Assembly (NCBI RefSeq): GCF_963921235.1
Contig: NC_086108.1
Span: forward strand, 58,282,001 to 58,346,000
Source of the DNA: Mobula hypostoma
Lineage: Eukaryota
Direction: 5' to 3'
DNA: 64,000 nucleotides
Both the position numbers and the translations under genes were made by a program. Shown piece after piece: positions 1 to 14,339 of the stretch. Within the stretch, counting starts at the first letter, position 1. Each line of letters begins with the position of its first letter. The notes under the pieces were generated by a model. The model searched no databases, had not been told where the DNA came from, and worked only from the letters and a program-made list of their open reading frames with translations.

Positions 1-3000
1 GCCTGCCCCGCCATTCAAAAAGAGCATGGTTGATCTGTCTGTAAACTCAGCTCCATCTACCTGCCTTTTCCCCATAACCCTTAATTCTCCTACTATGTAA
101 AAATCTACCTAAATGTATCTTAAATACAATTAGTGAAGAAGCCTCAACTGCTTCCCTGGGCAGAGAATTCCACAGATTCACCACTCTCTGGGAAAAACAG
201 TTTCTCCTCATCTCTGCCCTAAATCTTCTCCCCTGAATCTTGAGGCAATGTCCCCTAGTTCTAGTCTCACCTACCAGTGGAAACAACTTTCCTACTTCTA
301 TCTTATCTATCCCTTTCAAAATTTTGTATGTTTCTATAAGATCCCCTCTCATTCTTCTAAATTCCAGAGAATATAGTCCCAGGCGACTCAATCTCTCCTC
401 ATTGGCTAACCCCTTCATCTCTGGATTCAACCTGGTGAACCTCCTCTGCACTGCCTCCAAAGCCAGTATATCCTTCCTCAAGTATGGAGACCAGAACTGC
501 ACACAGTACTCCAGGTGCAGTCCCACCAGTACCTTGTATAGTTGCAGCATGACCTCCTTGCTCTTGAATTCAATCCCTCTAGCAATGAAGGCCAACATTC
601 CGTTTGCCTTCTTAATAAACTGTTGTACCTGCAAGCCAATATTTTGCGATTCATGCACAAGCACTCCCAAGTCCCTCTGCACAACAGCATGCTGCAATCT
701 TTCACCATTTAAATAATAATCTGCTTTTCTATTATTCCTTCCAAAGTGGATGATCTCACATTTACCAACGTTGTATTCCATCTGCCAGACCTTGGCCCAC
801 TCACTTCACCTATCTATATCCCTCTGCAAACTCTCCACATCCTCTGTACAATTTGCTTTTCCACTCAGTTTAGTGTCATCAGCAAATTTTGCTATGCTAC
901 ACTCAGTCCCTTCTTCCAAATCATCAATGTAAATGGTAAACAGCTGCGGGCCCAGCACCGACCCCTGCAGCCCCCCACAGCCCCCCACTCACCACTGACT
1001 GCCAACCAGAGAAACATTCATTTATACCAACTCTCTGCCTTCTATTGGTTAACCAATCCACTACCCATGACAATACACTTCCTCCGACTCCATGCACCTG
1101 TATCTTATTTATAAGTCTCTTGTGCAGCACCTTATCAAATGCTTTCTGGAAATCCAACTTTATGACAGCAACTGCACTTATTATGTCCTCAAAGAACTCC
1201 AGTAAGTTTGTCAAACAGGACCTGCCCTTTCTGAATCCATGTTGCGCTTGTCTAATGGAACCACCCCTTTCTAAATGTTTTGCTATTTCTTCCTTAATGA
1301 CAGCTTCAAGCATTTTCCCGACTACAGATGTTAAGCTAACTGGCCTGTAGTTGCCCTTCTTTTGCCTACATTCTTTTTAAAAAAGTGGCGTGACATTTGC
1401 TGTCTTCCATTCCACCGGGATCTGCCCAGAGTCTAGAGAATTTTGGTAAATAATTACCAATGCATCTACTATAACCTCTGCCAATTCCCTCAGCACCCTG
1501 GGATGCATCCCATCAGGACTAGGGGACTTATCTACCTTCAGGCCCTCTAGTTTGCTCATCACTATCTCTTTAGTGACAGTGATTTTATCCGGGTCTTCAT
1601 CTCCCATTTCATCCGTAACATCATTCTTTGGCATATTAGACGTGTCCTCCACCATGAAGACTGACACAAAATAGTCGTTCAATGCCTCAGCCACTTCCTT
1701 ATCACCCAATATCAATTTCCCCTTATCTTCCAAGGGACCTACATTGACTTTAGCCACCCTCTTCCACTTTATATATTTATAAAAACTTTTGCTGTTTTCA
1801 TACTTTGTGCTAATTTACTTTCATACTCTATCTTCCCTTCCCTTATTTCTTGTTTAGTTGTTCTTTGTTGCTTTTTAAAGTTTTCCCAATCCTCCAGTCT
1901 CCCACCACTCTTTGCAACTTTGTACACGAGCTTTTAATTTGATACTATTTATTTCCTTAGTTATCTAAGGCTGGCTCTCCACACACTTACTGTCCTTACT
2001 TTTGACTGGAATATACTTCTGTCGAACACTGTGAAAAATCTCTTTGAAAGTATTCCACTGTTCCTCAACTGTCCTACCAAATAGCCTGTGTTCCCAAATC
2101 CACATTAGCCAACTCCTCCCTCATCCTGTTGTAGTCTCCCTTGTTCAAGGATAATACACTAGTTTTAGATCTAACTATTTCATCCTCCATCTGTATGCGA
2201 AATTCAATCATACTATGATCACTCTTTCCAAGAGGATCCCTGACTACAAGATTGTTAATCTTACCTGTCTCATTGCACAGGACTAGATCTAAGATAGCAT
2301 TTTCCCTTGTAGGTTCACTAACATGCTTCTCAAGAAAGCTATCACAGATACATTCTATGAAGTCCTCCTCAAGACTTCCTTGACCAACCTGATTCACCCA
2401 ATCTATGTGGAAGTTAAAATCCCCTATGACAACTGCTGTTCCATTCTTACAAAGCTCAGTTATTTCTTGGTAAATTGCCTCTGCCACTGCAATATTTTTA
2501 TTAGGTGGCCTATAGACAACTCCCACCAGTGATTTTTTTCCCTTTACTATTCTTCATCTCTACCCAGATGGACTCAACATTCTGCTTTCTAGATCTTACA
2601 TCGTCTCTCACAATCACCCTGATCTCATCCTTAATTAAGAGCGCCACCTCACCTCCTCTGCCTTCCTGCCCACCCTTCCGTATTACCTGATACCCTTGGA
2701 TATTTAATACTCAGTCATCTCCACCTTACAACCAGGTTCCTATAATGGCCACTAAATCATATGCCTTGGTACTGATCTGTGCCGCATGTTCACTAATCTT
2801 GTTTCTGATACTACGGGCATTTAGATAAAGTGCCCTTATACTCATTGTCCTTTTAGAATCAAGTGACCCATGCGATTTTACTTTTTACTTTTATGCACTC
2901 TACTCTTACTTTTTTCTTCACTAACCCTAGCTTTGGTCTCTGCATCACTTCCCTCTTCTTTTCTGTGTGGGTTCCCATCCCCCTGCCATATTAGTTAAAA

Positions 3001-3842
3001 AAAAAACCCCAACAGCACTAGCAAACAATCTCTCTAGGATATTGATCCCCGGCCCTGCCCAAATGTAGACCGTCCGGACGGTACTGGTCCCACCTCCCTC
3101 TCAAGCGGTTCCAATGCCCCAAGAACCTGAAACCCTCCCTCCTGCAACACCACTCAAGCCACATGTTCATTCTAGTTATCCTGATAGTCCAACTCTGGCT
3201 AGCACACGGCTCCGGTAATAATCCTGAGATTATTACCTTTGAGATCCTACTCTTTATCTCCTAGCTCCCTAAATTCAGCTTGTAGGACCTCATCCTGCTT
3301 TCTTCCTACATCGTTAGTACCTACATGCACCATGACAGCTGGCTGCTCACCCTCCCCTTTCAGAATGCCCTGCAGCCTCTCCGAGACATCTCTGACCCTT
3401 GCACCCGGGAGGCAACACACCTTACGGGAGTCCCATTTGTGGCCACAGAAGCTCCTCCCTTACCATGGAATCCCCCACCACAACAGCTCTGCCACTCTTT
3501 TTCTTACCCTCTTGCGCAGCAGAGCCACCCATCTCCCCCAACAGTCTCCAAAGCAGTATATCTGCTTTGGAGGGAGATGACCGCAGGAGACTCCTGTACT
3601 ACCTTCCTGCTACCACTCTTCCTGTTGGTCACCCATTCCCTATCTTCCCTTGGATTCTTAAACTGCGGTGTGACCAACTCACTAAATGTGCTATTCACAA
3701 CATTCTCAGCATCTCGGATGCTCCAAAGTGAGTCCATGCACAGCTCCAGCGCCACCATGCGGTCTATCAGGAGCTGCAGCTGGACACACTTCCTGCACAC
3801 GTAGTTTTCAGGGACACTGTCAGCTGCCCCGAGTTCCCACAT
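1..3842 (-). mobile_element. CR1 LINE, decayed near-full-length copy (ORF1 zinc-finger/esterase remnant, endonuclease and RT fragments)
   Basis: ORFs 3504..3842 (CxxC, leucine zipper), 2074..2526 (GDFN, endonuclease), 806..988 (KFADDTK) and 47..781 (LEYCVQFWSP), with many frameshifts. Confidence 0.92.
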
Positions 3843-4789
3843 GAACTGTTGTTTGGTGAAAAGAGTTTGCAGATGGAAAGGTTGCCAGCTTCAGGACAGA
3901 CAATGAGTCTATGGCAGCAAGGTAAACCATGCCACCTCTTGTCAGAACACAATAGTTTATAAAACTATGTGCACCCTGCAAAGAGCATCCTTATGCAAAC
4001 CAAATGCTGTTTCAGTCCTGGAACCACCACAATAGTACTGAACATTGTTACTGAATCACTGTTACGTATCTCCCTTTGCCTGTTCAGTATATGAAAGCTA
4101 ACAGTTCAGAAAGGTGAAGATCACAGCACAGTAAGAGAGCAGACAGAAGTGTGGGGCAGCAACAGATGCCTAAAGGAAAGAAATCATGTGTCAATGATTA
4201 CTGCTGTAATTGATGGCCAGTGGGTGGATATGGTTTACCATTCCTGTCATTGTCTTTGTTATGACCAATTCCAAAAAGTGTTCCATTGATATCTTTAGAT
4301 CTAGAGATGTTATCTAGAAGTCAAGAATGAGGCACAAATCTTATGGTTTCACGTTCACAGGGAAAATATGTAAACTTCACCCAGACTGCACTGGAACTCA
4401 AGACTGAACCCAGATCAGTGCACCTACAAGGAACCAGTTCTACTTGCTGTACAACCCTGCTGGCACATTGTTCTTTTTTGGCAGCTTAAACTAGCCTATA
4501 GAGATGCACTTGCTGCAGAAGCTGTCAGAAAACTGACAAGAGAAACTTATTGAAAAATGAACATGAAGACGACAAGCAAAAAGTAAGACAGGTGTCAAAA
4601 TCACAACAGATGTATCTCTCACTTGGAATATTCCTGGAAATTTACAAAAATAATCAGAATCAGATTTATTGTCACCGACATTAGTTGTGAAATTTAACAT
4701 ACAAGAGATTTTGCAGATGCTGGAAATCCAGAGCAACACACACAAAATACTGGATGCACTTCAGGTCAGGCAGTGTCTATGGAGAGGAC

Positions 4790-5600
4790 CTTGATTTTGT
4801 TTTGTGGCAGCAAAATACTACAAGTCACAATAAAAATAAATAAACCTATAGTTGAAAATAGGAATAGTGAGTTAATGTTCATGGACTGTTCAGAAATCTG
4901 ATGGCAGAGGAGAAGCTGTTCCTGAAATGTTGAATGTAGGTCTTCAGGCTCCCGTACCTCCTCCCTGATGGTAGTAATAGAAGAGGGGATACCCCAGATG
5001 ACGAGGGACCTTTCTTGAGGTGCCACCTTTTGAAACTGTCCTCAGTGCCAAGGAGGCTTGTAACCACGATGGAGCAGTGATGCAACCAGTCAGCATACTT
5101 GCCATGTACCATCTATAGAAATTTTCTAAACTCTTTGGTGACATACCAAACATTCTCAAACTCCTAATGAAGTATAGCCACTGGTGTATCTTTTTCATAA
5201 TTGATTCAATATATTGGGCCCATGATAGATCTTCTAAGATGGTGAAACCCCCAAGGAAGTTGAAGTTGCTCACCCTTTCTAATGCTGAGGACTGGTGCGT
5301 GTTCTCCCAACTTCCCCTTCCCAAAGTCCACAATCAATTTCTTGGCCTTACTGATGTTGAGTGCAAGGTTACTGTTGCGAAACCACTCAACCAGCCGATG
5401 TATACCTCCTCATCCAACGGCGTCAACAGCGAATTCAACAGTATAGATGGCTTCAGCTGTGCCTTGCCACACAATCATGAGTGTAGAGAGAGGAGAGCAG
5501 TGGACTAAGCAATTGTAGAGGGAGGATTTGAAGTTTGGTGATTCGTAATGAGGGGGTGATAGTGGTGAATTCAGAGGTATAATCAATAAATTGCAACCTC
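4790..5600 (-). mobile_element. Rex1/Babar-type LINE 3' fragment
   Basis: LYFIRSLRMFGMSPKSLENFYR and LLPSGRRY..FRNSF.SAIRFLN motifs. Confidence 0.7.
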
Positions 5601-5867
5601 ATTAAAAGCTAATAATTCTCGGACAGGTGATAGGAAACCACTTTCTTGAACTGCTGCAATATCTCTGGTGAAGGTCCTTCTTTTAGATAAGGAGATCCAG
5701 TACTTAAATAATGATACATTTCCGATTTAAGGAGTGTGTCACCATAAAAGGAACTCATGTCTGTTGCCCATTTCCTTGCTCTTGGTAGAGGTCATACATT
5801 TTGTGGATGGTACATGCTGCAGTCACAATGGCAGGTGGTGCACAGTATGGTAATATGATGATTGGAA

Positions 5868-7385
5868 TAAAAACATAGAAAACCTACAGCACAATACAGG
5901 CCCTTCAGCCCACAAAGTTGTGCCAAATATGACCCTACCTTAAAAATTACTAGACTTACCTATAGCCCTCTATTTTTCAAAGCTCCATGTACCTATCCAA
6001 AAGTCTCTTAAAAGACCCCATCGTATTTGCCTCCACCACCATTGCCGGTAGCCCATTCCATGCACTCACCACTCTCTGAGTAAAAAACTTACCCCTGATA
6101 TCTCCTCTGTACCTACTCCCCAGCACCTTAAACCTGTGTCCTCCTTTGGCAACCATTTCAGCCTTGGGAAAAAGCCTCTGACTATCCACACGATCAATGC
6201 CTCTCATCATCTTATACACCTCTATCAGGTCACCTCTCATCCTCCGTCGCTCCAAGGAGAAAAGGGCGAGTTCACTCAACCTGTTTTCATAAGGCATGCT
6301 CCCCAATCCAGGCAACATCCTTATAAATCTCCTCTGCACCCTTTCTAAGGCTTCCACATCCTTCCTGTAGTGAGGCGACCAGAACTGAGCACAGTACTCC
6401 AAGTGGGGTCTGACCAGAGTCCTATATAGCTGCAACATTACCCCTCGGCTCCTAAATTCAATTCCACGATTGATGAAGGCCAATACACCGTATGCCTTCT
6501 TTACCACAGAGTCAACCTGCACAGCAGATCTGCGTGTCCTATGGACTCGGACCCCAAGATCCCTCCGATCCTCCACACTGCCAAGAGTCTTCATTAATAC
6601 TAGATTCTAACATCATATTTGACCTACCAAAATGAACCACTTCACACTTATCTGGTTGAACTCCATCTGCCACTTTTCAGCCCAGTTTTGCATCTTATCA
6701 ATGTCTCGTTATAACCTCTGACAGCCTGCCACACTATCCACAACACCTCCAACCTTTGTGTCATCAGCAAACTTACTAACACATCCCTCCACTTCTTCAT
6801 CCGGGTCATTTATACAAATCACGAAGAGTAAGGGTCCCGGAACAGATCCCTGAGGCACACTGGTCACCGACCTCCATGCAGAAAATGACCCGTCTACAAC
6901 CACTCTTTGCCTTCTGTGGGCAAGCCAGTTCTGGATCCACAAAGCAATGTCCCCTTGGATCCCATGCCTCCTTACTTTCTCAGTAAGCCTTGCATGGGGT
7001 ACCTTATCAAATGCTTTGCTGAAATCCATATAAACTACAACTACTGCTCTTCCTTCATTAATGTGTTTAGTCACATCCTCAAAAAATTCAATCAGGCTCA
7101 TAAGGCACAACCTGCCCTTGACAAAGACATGCTGACTATTCCTAATCATATTATACCTCTCCAAATGTTCATAAATCCTGCCTCTCAGGATCTTCTCCAC
7201 CAACTTACCAACCACTGAAGTAAGACTCACTGGTCTATAATTTCTTGGGCTATCTCTACTCCCTTTCCTGAATAAAGGAACAACATCCGCAACCCTCCAA
7301 TCCTCCGGAACCTCTCCCGTCCCCATTGATGAAGCAAAGATCATCGCCAGAGGCTCAGCAATCTCCCTCCTCGCTTCCCACAGTA
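5868..7385 (-). mobile_element. CR1 LINE, 5'-truncated (second family)
   Basis: RT ORFs 6709..7539 and 5977..6594. Tail AAACATAGAAA at ~5870. Confidence 0.93.
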
Positions 7386-8412
7386 GTCTGCAAATGAAGT
7401 GGGCAGCTTTCCCTGAATGGTGTTGCATTTCTTCAATATTATTGTGGATGCATTTAGCTGGATTATAGCAGGTGGACATTATTCCTTCACATTCCTTGTG
7501 AATGGTAGAAAGGCTTTTGGATATCCGGAGGCAAGTCACTTGTTGTAGGGTAGCCAGCTTCTAATCTGCTTTTGCATCCACAATATTACTATGGCTGGCA
7601 CAATTAAATTTCTGGTCAAAAATTACACTAAACATGGTTGCTGATAGGAACTGTGAAGATGTTGATACTACAGAATGTCAAGAGATCGCTGTTAAGACTC
7701 ATTAGGTAAACTTGTGGGTGCGTATGCACTTGCCACATGGACACTGGTGAACCAGCTAAAGATGGTTTTGCCTAAGACATTGACGTAAAGAAGTTTTGCA
7801 GCAATTTTCCAGGGTTTCAATGACTGCCTTCCAACAAACAACTGTACAAAGTAGGACTCTAACCACTAACATCTTTCCCTCTTCATTGCTCATTGACTTT
7901 ATTATCACCAAGACTTCTTGATGCTACACACTGTTGAAAGTTGCCTCAATGTCAAAGGCAGTCACCTTTTACTTACACATGGATTTTAGGACTTTTTTTT
8001 CCTATGTTTGGACCAAGGATCTGACAAGTAGTCCAAATGAAACACAAAATGCTAGAAAGCAGGCAATGGGTTAGCAAGTCAAAAAAAAAAGCAGATTCTA
8101 GAAACATAAAACAGAAAGCTGCTGGAGTCACTTGAGTAGATCTAACAGCAACTGTGAGAGAAATGTAAATACTGTTTGTTAACATGATAGATGGTATTTT
8201 CCAATGCAATGCTAATGATTGAGAGTAATCATTTTGAGTGGTAAAGAACTCCTTTCGATTTGTCCTGCTTTTTTGGATCAACACAGATAAAAAGACAATG
8301 TAACGTAAGATGTAAATTAAGGGCAGTTATTGGTTAATATTTGTTGTTTTGTCAAAATGCAACCTGTGGCTATTTGAGATATTCTAGGCAACTTTTATGA
8401 TGTTCAACATAC

Positions 8413-8542
8413 CAGGTCTTCCAAGTGAACAAGGTGACCTATACCATCTGGAATCCTTTCCAATTCGTTATGTTGTAGTTGCAGATTTTTCAAGGTCCTT
8501 AAATTCCAAAGTTCATCTGGCAGCTCCGTTAGTTTATTGTGG
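8413..8542 (-). CDS. LRRC40: LRRC40 coding exon 4 (HNKLTELPDELWNLRTLKNLQLQHNELERIPDGIGHLVHLEDL)
   Basis: ttcctag acceptor, gtatgt donor, 130 nt. Two LRR units, within ORF 8404..8607. Confidence 0.93.
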
Positions 8543-9154
8543 CTAGGAATTGAAAGACAGTAAAGTTTATGTATTGACCTGTTTACATATTTTCTACTAC
8601 AACACACCTACATGTACTCTGTGTGATCTATAATAAAATAAAAAAATTATGGCACGTGAAAAAGCAATTCTCACGTCTTCCATTGTCTTGAAATAATAAG
8701 GTATTCAGAGTGAGCCTGTGAGATTAAGTTTTAAAACTATTTCATACGTAGAACTTAAAAGTGTTTGTTTCATTCTAAGTTATTACTTCATATATATTTT
8801 CAGTCAACATTCTGTAGTACACAATCACAAATATCAAAAAATATGAATAATATGGCACTTTTAGGGCTCCAGTGATATTGGATCAACAGATATAACAGAT
8901 TATTTAACATGACTCCTATTAATACACCAATGCACTTTTATTTCACATTTTTTAAGATGCTACGCACCACTACATTAAGTTGATTTTAAATGGAACGTGA
9001 GAACAGAGCACAAGAAGTTTACAAGGAGCATAGGAGCAATGCAGAAGTTGATACATTCTTGACTGGTCAGGGCATGAAGGGTACCAGGGAGAAAACTGGA
9101 TCAGCCATAATGAAATGGCAGAGCAGATGTGATGGGCCAAGTGGGCACAGAAAG

Positions 9155-11632
9155 GGAGACAGATTCTGGAACGGTGCAATAATAACAAGGTTGTCTTGAT
9201 GGGAGATTTTAATTTCCCCAATATTGATTGGCATTTCCCTATAGCAAGGGGTTTAAATGAGGTGGAGTTTTTTTTTTAGGAATGTTCAGAAAGGTTTCAT
9301 GACACATTTTGTAGATAAGCCTACAAGAGGAGAGGCTGTACTTGATCTGGTATTCGGAAAGGAACCTGGTCAGGTGTCAGGTCTCTCAGTGGGACAGCAT
9401 TTTGGAGATAGTGATCACAATTCTATCTCCTTTACCACAGCACTGGAGAGGGATAGAATAGACAAGTTAGGAAAGTGTTTAGTTGGAGTAAGGGGAAATA
9501 TGATGCTATCAGGCAGGAACTTGGAAGCATAACGTGGGAGCAGATATTCTCAGGGAAATGTTTGGCAGAAATGTGGCAAATGTTCAGGGGATACTTGAGT
9601 GGCATTCTGCATAGGTACATTCCGATGAGACAGGAAAAGGATGGTAGGGTACAGGAACCATGGTGTACCAAGGCATTTGAAAATCTAGTCAAGAAGAAAA
9701 TCTTACGAAAGGTTCAAAAAAAAACTAGGTAATGATCAAGACCTGGAAAGTTATAAGGCTAGCAGGAAGGAGCTTAAGAATGAAATTAGGAGAGCCAGAA
9801 GGGGCCATGAGAAGGCCCTGCCAAGCAGAATTAAGGAAAGCCCCAAGGCATTCTACAAGTGCTTGAATAGCAAGAGGATAAGACGCAAGAGAATAGGACC
9901 AATCAAGTGTGACAGTAGAAAAGTGTGTATGGAACCGGAGGAGGTGGCAGAGGTACTTAATGAATACTTTGCTTCAGTATTCACTACAGAAAAGGACCTT
10001 GGCGATTGTAGGGAAGACTCACAGTGGACTGAAAAGCTTCAGCATATAGACATTAAGAGGATGTGCTGGATCTTTTGGAAAGCATCAAGTTGGTTAAGTC
10101 ACCAGGACCAGACGAGATGTACACCAGGCTACTGTGGGAGACGAGGGAGGAGATTGCTGAGCTTCTGTCAATGATCTTTGCATCATCAATGGGGATGAGA
10201 GAGGTTCCGGAGGATTGGAGGGTTGAAGATGCTGCTCCCTTATTCAAGAAAGGGAATAGAGATAGCCCAGGAAACTGTAGACCAGTGAATCTTACTTCAG
10301 TGGTTGTTAAGTTGATGGAGAAGATCCTGAGAGGCAGGATTTATGAACACTTGGAGAGGCATAATATGATTAGGAATAGTCAGCATAGCTTTGTCAAAGG
10401 CAGATCGTGCCTTATGAGCCTGATTGAATTTTTTGAAGATGTGACTAAACGCATTGATGATGGTAGAGCAGAAGAGGTAGCGTATATGGATTTTAGCAAA
10501 GCATTTGATAAGGTACCCCATGCAAGGTTTACTGAGAAAGTAAGGAGGCATGGGATCCAAGGAGACCTTGCCCACAGAAGGCAAAGAGTGGTTGTAGATG
10601 GGTCATATTCTGCACGGAGGTCGGTGACTAGTGGGGTGCCTCAGGGATCTGTTCTGGGACCTCTTCTCTTTGTGATTTTTATGTGACTTTGATGAGGAAG
10701 TAGAGAGATGGGGTAGTAAATTTGCTGATGACACAAAGGTTGGCAGTGTTATGGACAGTGTGGAGGGCTGTCAGGTTACAGTGGGACATTGATAGGATGC
10801 AAAACTGGGCTGAGATGTGGCAAATGGAGTTCAACCCAGATAAGTGTGAGGTGGTTCGTTTTGGTAGGTCAAATATGATGGCAGAATATAGTATTAATGG
10901 TAAGACTCTTGGCAGTGTGGAGGATCAGAGGGATCTTTGGGTCCGAGTCCATAGGACACTCAAAGCTGCTGCGCAGGTTGACTGTGTAGTTAAGAAGGCA
11001 TACAGTGTATTGGACTTCATCAACCGTGGGATTGAGTTCAAGAGCCAAGAGGTTATGTTACAGCTACACAGGACCCTGGTCAGACCCCACTTGGAGTACT
11101 GTGCTCAGTTCCAGTCACCTCATTACAGGAAGGATGTGGAAACTATAGAAAGGGTGCAGAGGAGATTTACAAGGATGTTGCCTGGATTGGGGAGCATGCC
11201 TTATGAGAATAGGTTGAGTGAACTTGGCCTTTTCTCCTTGGAGCGACAGAGGATGAGAGGTGACCTGATAGAGGTGTACAAGATGATGAGAGGCATTGAT
11301 CGCGTGGATAGTCAGGGGCTTTTTCCCAGGGCTGAAATGGCTAGCATGGGAGGGCATAGTTTTAAGGTGCTTGGAGGTAGGTACAGAGGACATGTCAGGG
11401 GTAAGTTTTTTTTGACGCAGAGAGTGGTGAGTGCGTGGAATGGGCTGCTGGCCACGGTGGTGGAGGCGGATACAATAGGGTCTTTTAAGAGACTCTTGGA
11501 TAGGTACTTTGAGCTTAGAAAAATTAGAGGACTATGGGTTACCCTAGGTAACTTCTGAAGTAAGTACATGTTCGGCACAGCATTGTGAGCCAAAGGGCTT
11601 GTATTGTGCTGTAGGTTTTCTATGTTTCTATG
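9155..11632 (+). mobile_element. CR1 LINE, 5'-truncated, same family as 5868-7385 but opposite orientation
   Basis: ORFs 9257..9532, 10063..10686 and 10722..11558. 3' tail TTTCTATGTTTCTATG at ~11617-11632. Confidence 0.93.
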
Positions 11633-11869
11633 CTGAACTGTTCTAACAATATCATGTTGAACCCCCATTCTCAAAGTTCTTCAAATTTTTAAAGTCTTAT
11701 CCCCTGTACTCGTAACACAGATTGTCCTGTTTAACTGCTACCCATGCTTATTGATCTCCAATGGCTCCTGATGAATCAACACAGTTCCTTTAGTGTCTTA
11801 CCATTTTTGAATTTAAAATACTACGACGGTCTGACCCTTCCTCTGCACTCTCCTCCCACTTTAGCATAT

Positions 11870-12113
11870 AGCGGCTAGCATAAAGTATACAGCACTAGCA
11901 ACCTGTGTTGAATTCCTATCGTTGTCTACAAGGAGTCTGTACATTTTCACCATGATTTTGTGGATTTCCTCCAGATTTCCACCGACATTCCAAAGACACA
12001 TGGGTTAGTAAGTGTGAGCATGCTATGCTGCACCAGAAGCATGGTAACACTTGCAGGAAGCCCCCAGCACATCCTTGGACTGTGTTGGCACTGACACAAA
12101 TGACATATTTTAC
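11870..12113 (+). mobile_element. V-SINE-like element, split by the DNA transposon; its tail resumes at 13724-13760
   Basis: Degenerate V-core (GGAGTCTGTACATTTTCACCATG...GGATTTCCTCC...CATTCCAAAGAC...GGTTAG). Confidence 0.55.
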
Positions 12114-12115
12114 TA

Positions 12116-13721
12116 CAGGTGTTCCCCGCTTTTCGAACGTTCGCTTTATGAAACCTCACTGTTACAAAAGACCTACATTAGTTACCTGTTTTCGCTAACA
12201 GAAGGTGTTTTCACTGTTAAGAAAAAAAAGCAGCACGCGAAAAAAAGGCAGCACGCACCCCGAGCAGCCGATCTCCCTCAGATTCGGAACTGCATTCTAG
12301 CCGGTATTGCTTAAACACGTGCCTGTGAGCAGCCGTTTACAAGATGAGTTCTAAGGTATCGGAAAAGCCTGAAAGAGCTCGTAAGGGTGTTACTCTTAGC
12401 ATAAAACTAGGCATAATTAAGCGTTTCGATTGAGGTGAATGAAGTAAGGACAAAGTGAGTTTGGTTTATGGAAGTTGACGAAGATGAAGTTAAAGAGGTT
12501 TTGGCATCCCATGACCAAGAACTGATAGATGAAGAGCTAGTGCAATTGGAAGAGAAAAGGATAACAATCGAAACCGAATTCAGTAGCGAAAGTGAAGTCG
12601 TCTAGGAACTGAATGTGAGGCAACTACGTGAGATTTACACTGCAATGATAAAGTAAAACTTTAATTTTGAAAGGGTACATCAGTTTGGGCATATTTGCAG
12701 GATGGTTTGAGTGCTTACAAAGAACTGTACGATAGAAAAATGCGCGAGGTTCAGCAGTCAAGCAAGCCTTCCACATCAGCCACAGCAGAGGACGAACCTC
12801 GACCTTCGACATCGAGGCGGGCAGACATAGAAGAAGATGACCTGCCTGCCCTGATCGACAATGAAATGACACCCCTGTGTCCCACCACCCCAGCGGTCCC
12901 AACCCCCGGGCCGCGGACAGATACTGATTCGCGGAGAATGCAGCGGTAGCCGGGACGCACCCAGCACATCTTTAAGAAAAAAGCCAAAATAAACATACTA
13001 ATTAATTAGGTGCCGCCTGGCACGTAATTGTCGGTCCAGATCAGAAGCCATTGCCAATTGCGTCGCCTCTGATCTGCGCTGACATTTACGTGCCGGGTGG
13101 CACCTAATTAATTAGCATGTTTATTTCGGCTTTTTTCTTAAAGATGTGCTGTGAGCCTCCCGGCTACAGCTGTACCCCTGCATGCTCCGCGAATCTGTAT
13201 CGGTCAGCGGCCCGGAGGGTGGGGGCCACTGCACCACCCAAACTCCCGACGACTCAGCCTAACACACCATCAGTGCTGTCTGCGCTGTCTTCCAGATTCC
13301 CATAAGTGATACTACTCTGCACATACATTATTTCTACTTTATATCGGCTGAGCATTTTTATGTGTTACTTGGTATGATTTTGCAGCTTCATAGCTTAAAG
13401 GTTACTGCACAGAGTGTTTTTGCCAACAGAGCTTGGGTCAGATTTTTGCTACAGAGAACAGTTCAGCAATGATTGTGGAAAAGTATTTCTACTTTATATA
13501 GGCTGTGTATTTATCATATCATTCCTGCTTTTACTATATGTTACTGTTATTTTAGGTTTTATGTGTTATTTGGCATGATTTGGTAGGTTATTTTTGGGTC
13601 TGCAAACGCTCACAAATTTTTCCCATATAAACAAACGGTAATTGCTTCTTCGCTTTACGACATTGCGGCTTACGAACCGTTTCATAGGAACACTCTACCT
13701 TCGGATGGTGGGGGAAACCTG
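12116..13721 (+). mobile_element. Tigger/pogo-like DNA transposon, internal-deletion derivative
   Basis: TA duplications at 12114-12115 and 13722-13723. Imperfect TIRs CAGGTGTTCCCC.../...GGGGGAAACCTG. Decayed transposase N-terminus (MSSKVSEKPERARKGVTLSIKLGIIKRF) joined to a C-terminal remnant (EVKEVLASHDQELIDEEL...AYKELY). Confidence 0.85.
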
Positions 13722-14339
13722 TATATGTTTCAATGTATTTGTGACAAATAAAGTTAATGTTTAATCTTTCAAGTCTTTGAACATTCTCAATTTTATTTGC
13801 TCCATCCTAGGTTGCTAGGCTTTCAGACACCAAGGCCCTCACTCTGAGACTTCCTTCTTTAATTCTCATGGCCTCTCTTCTGAGGCCTTCTAACCCACTT
13901 AGTTTACAAATCTGGTTCAGTTTGCCTTTGTATCTTGCATAATACTTACGTAAGATGTCAATGGTGACAGGGCTTTGCAAATGGAAAGGAAAATATTTTA
14001 AAAACAGAATTTAATGTAAAATAAAATAATTAAAAAAGGAACTTTAGAATTTCACAACTATTAACACCTGATGACTTCAGCAATATCTGATAAACAATTT
14101 CAGGAAAGTAATTTTGGTTTTCATCTTCAGAGGAACACATCATACATTTACTATCACCTTCCTGTAACCTTTCAATCTATAAATCAAAACTCAGTCTAAT
14201 TTATCCTCATTGTCTATACCCCTTCTCAGTGGAAAATGAGAATGCTTACTAAGCTCAAAACTTGGCCTGAATGAGGTGGTGCACATTATTAGTAGCAGTG
14301 GAAATATGCACCACCATAATTATGACCTCATGGCCAACA

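Noticed and set aside
3843..8412. Further LRRC40 exons (exon 5 onward)
   Set aside because: I found no LRR-coding segment with splice sites by eye; they are probably left of the window.
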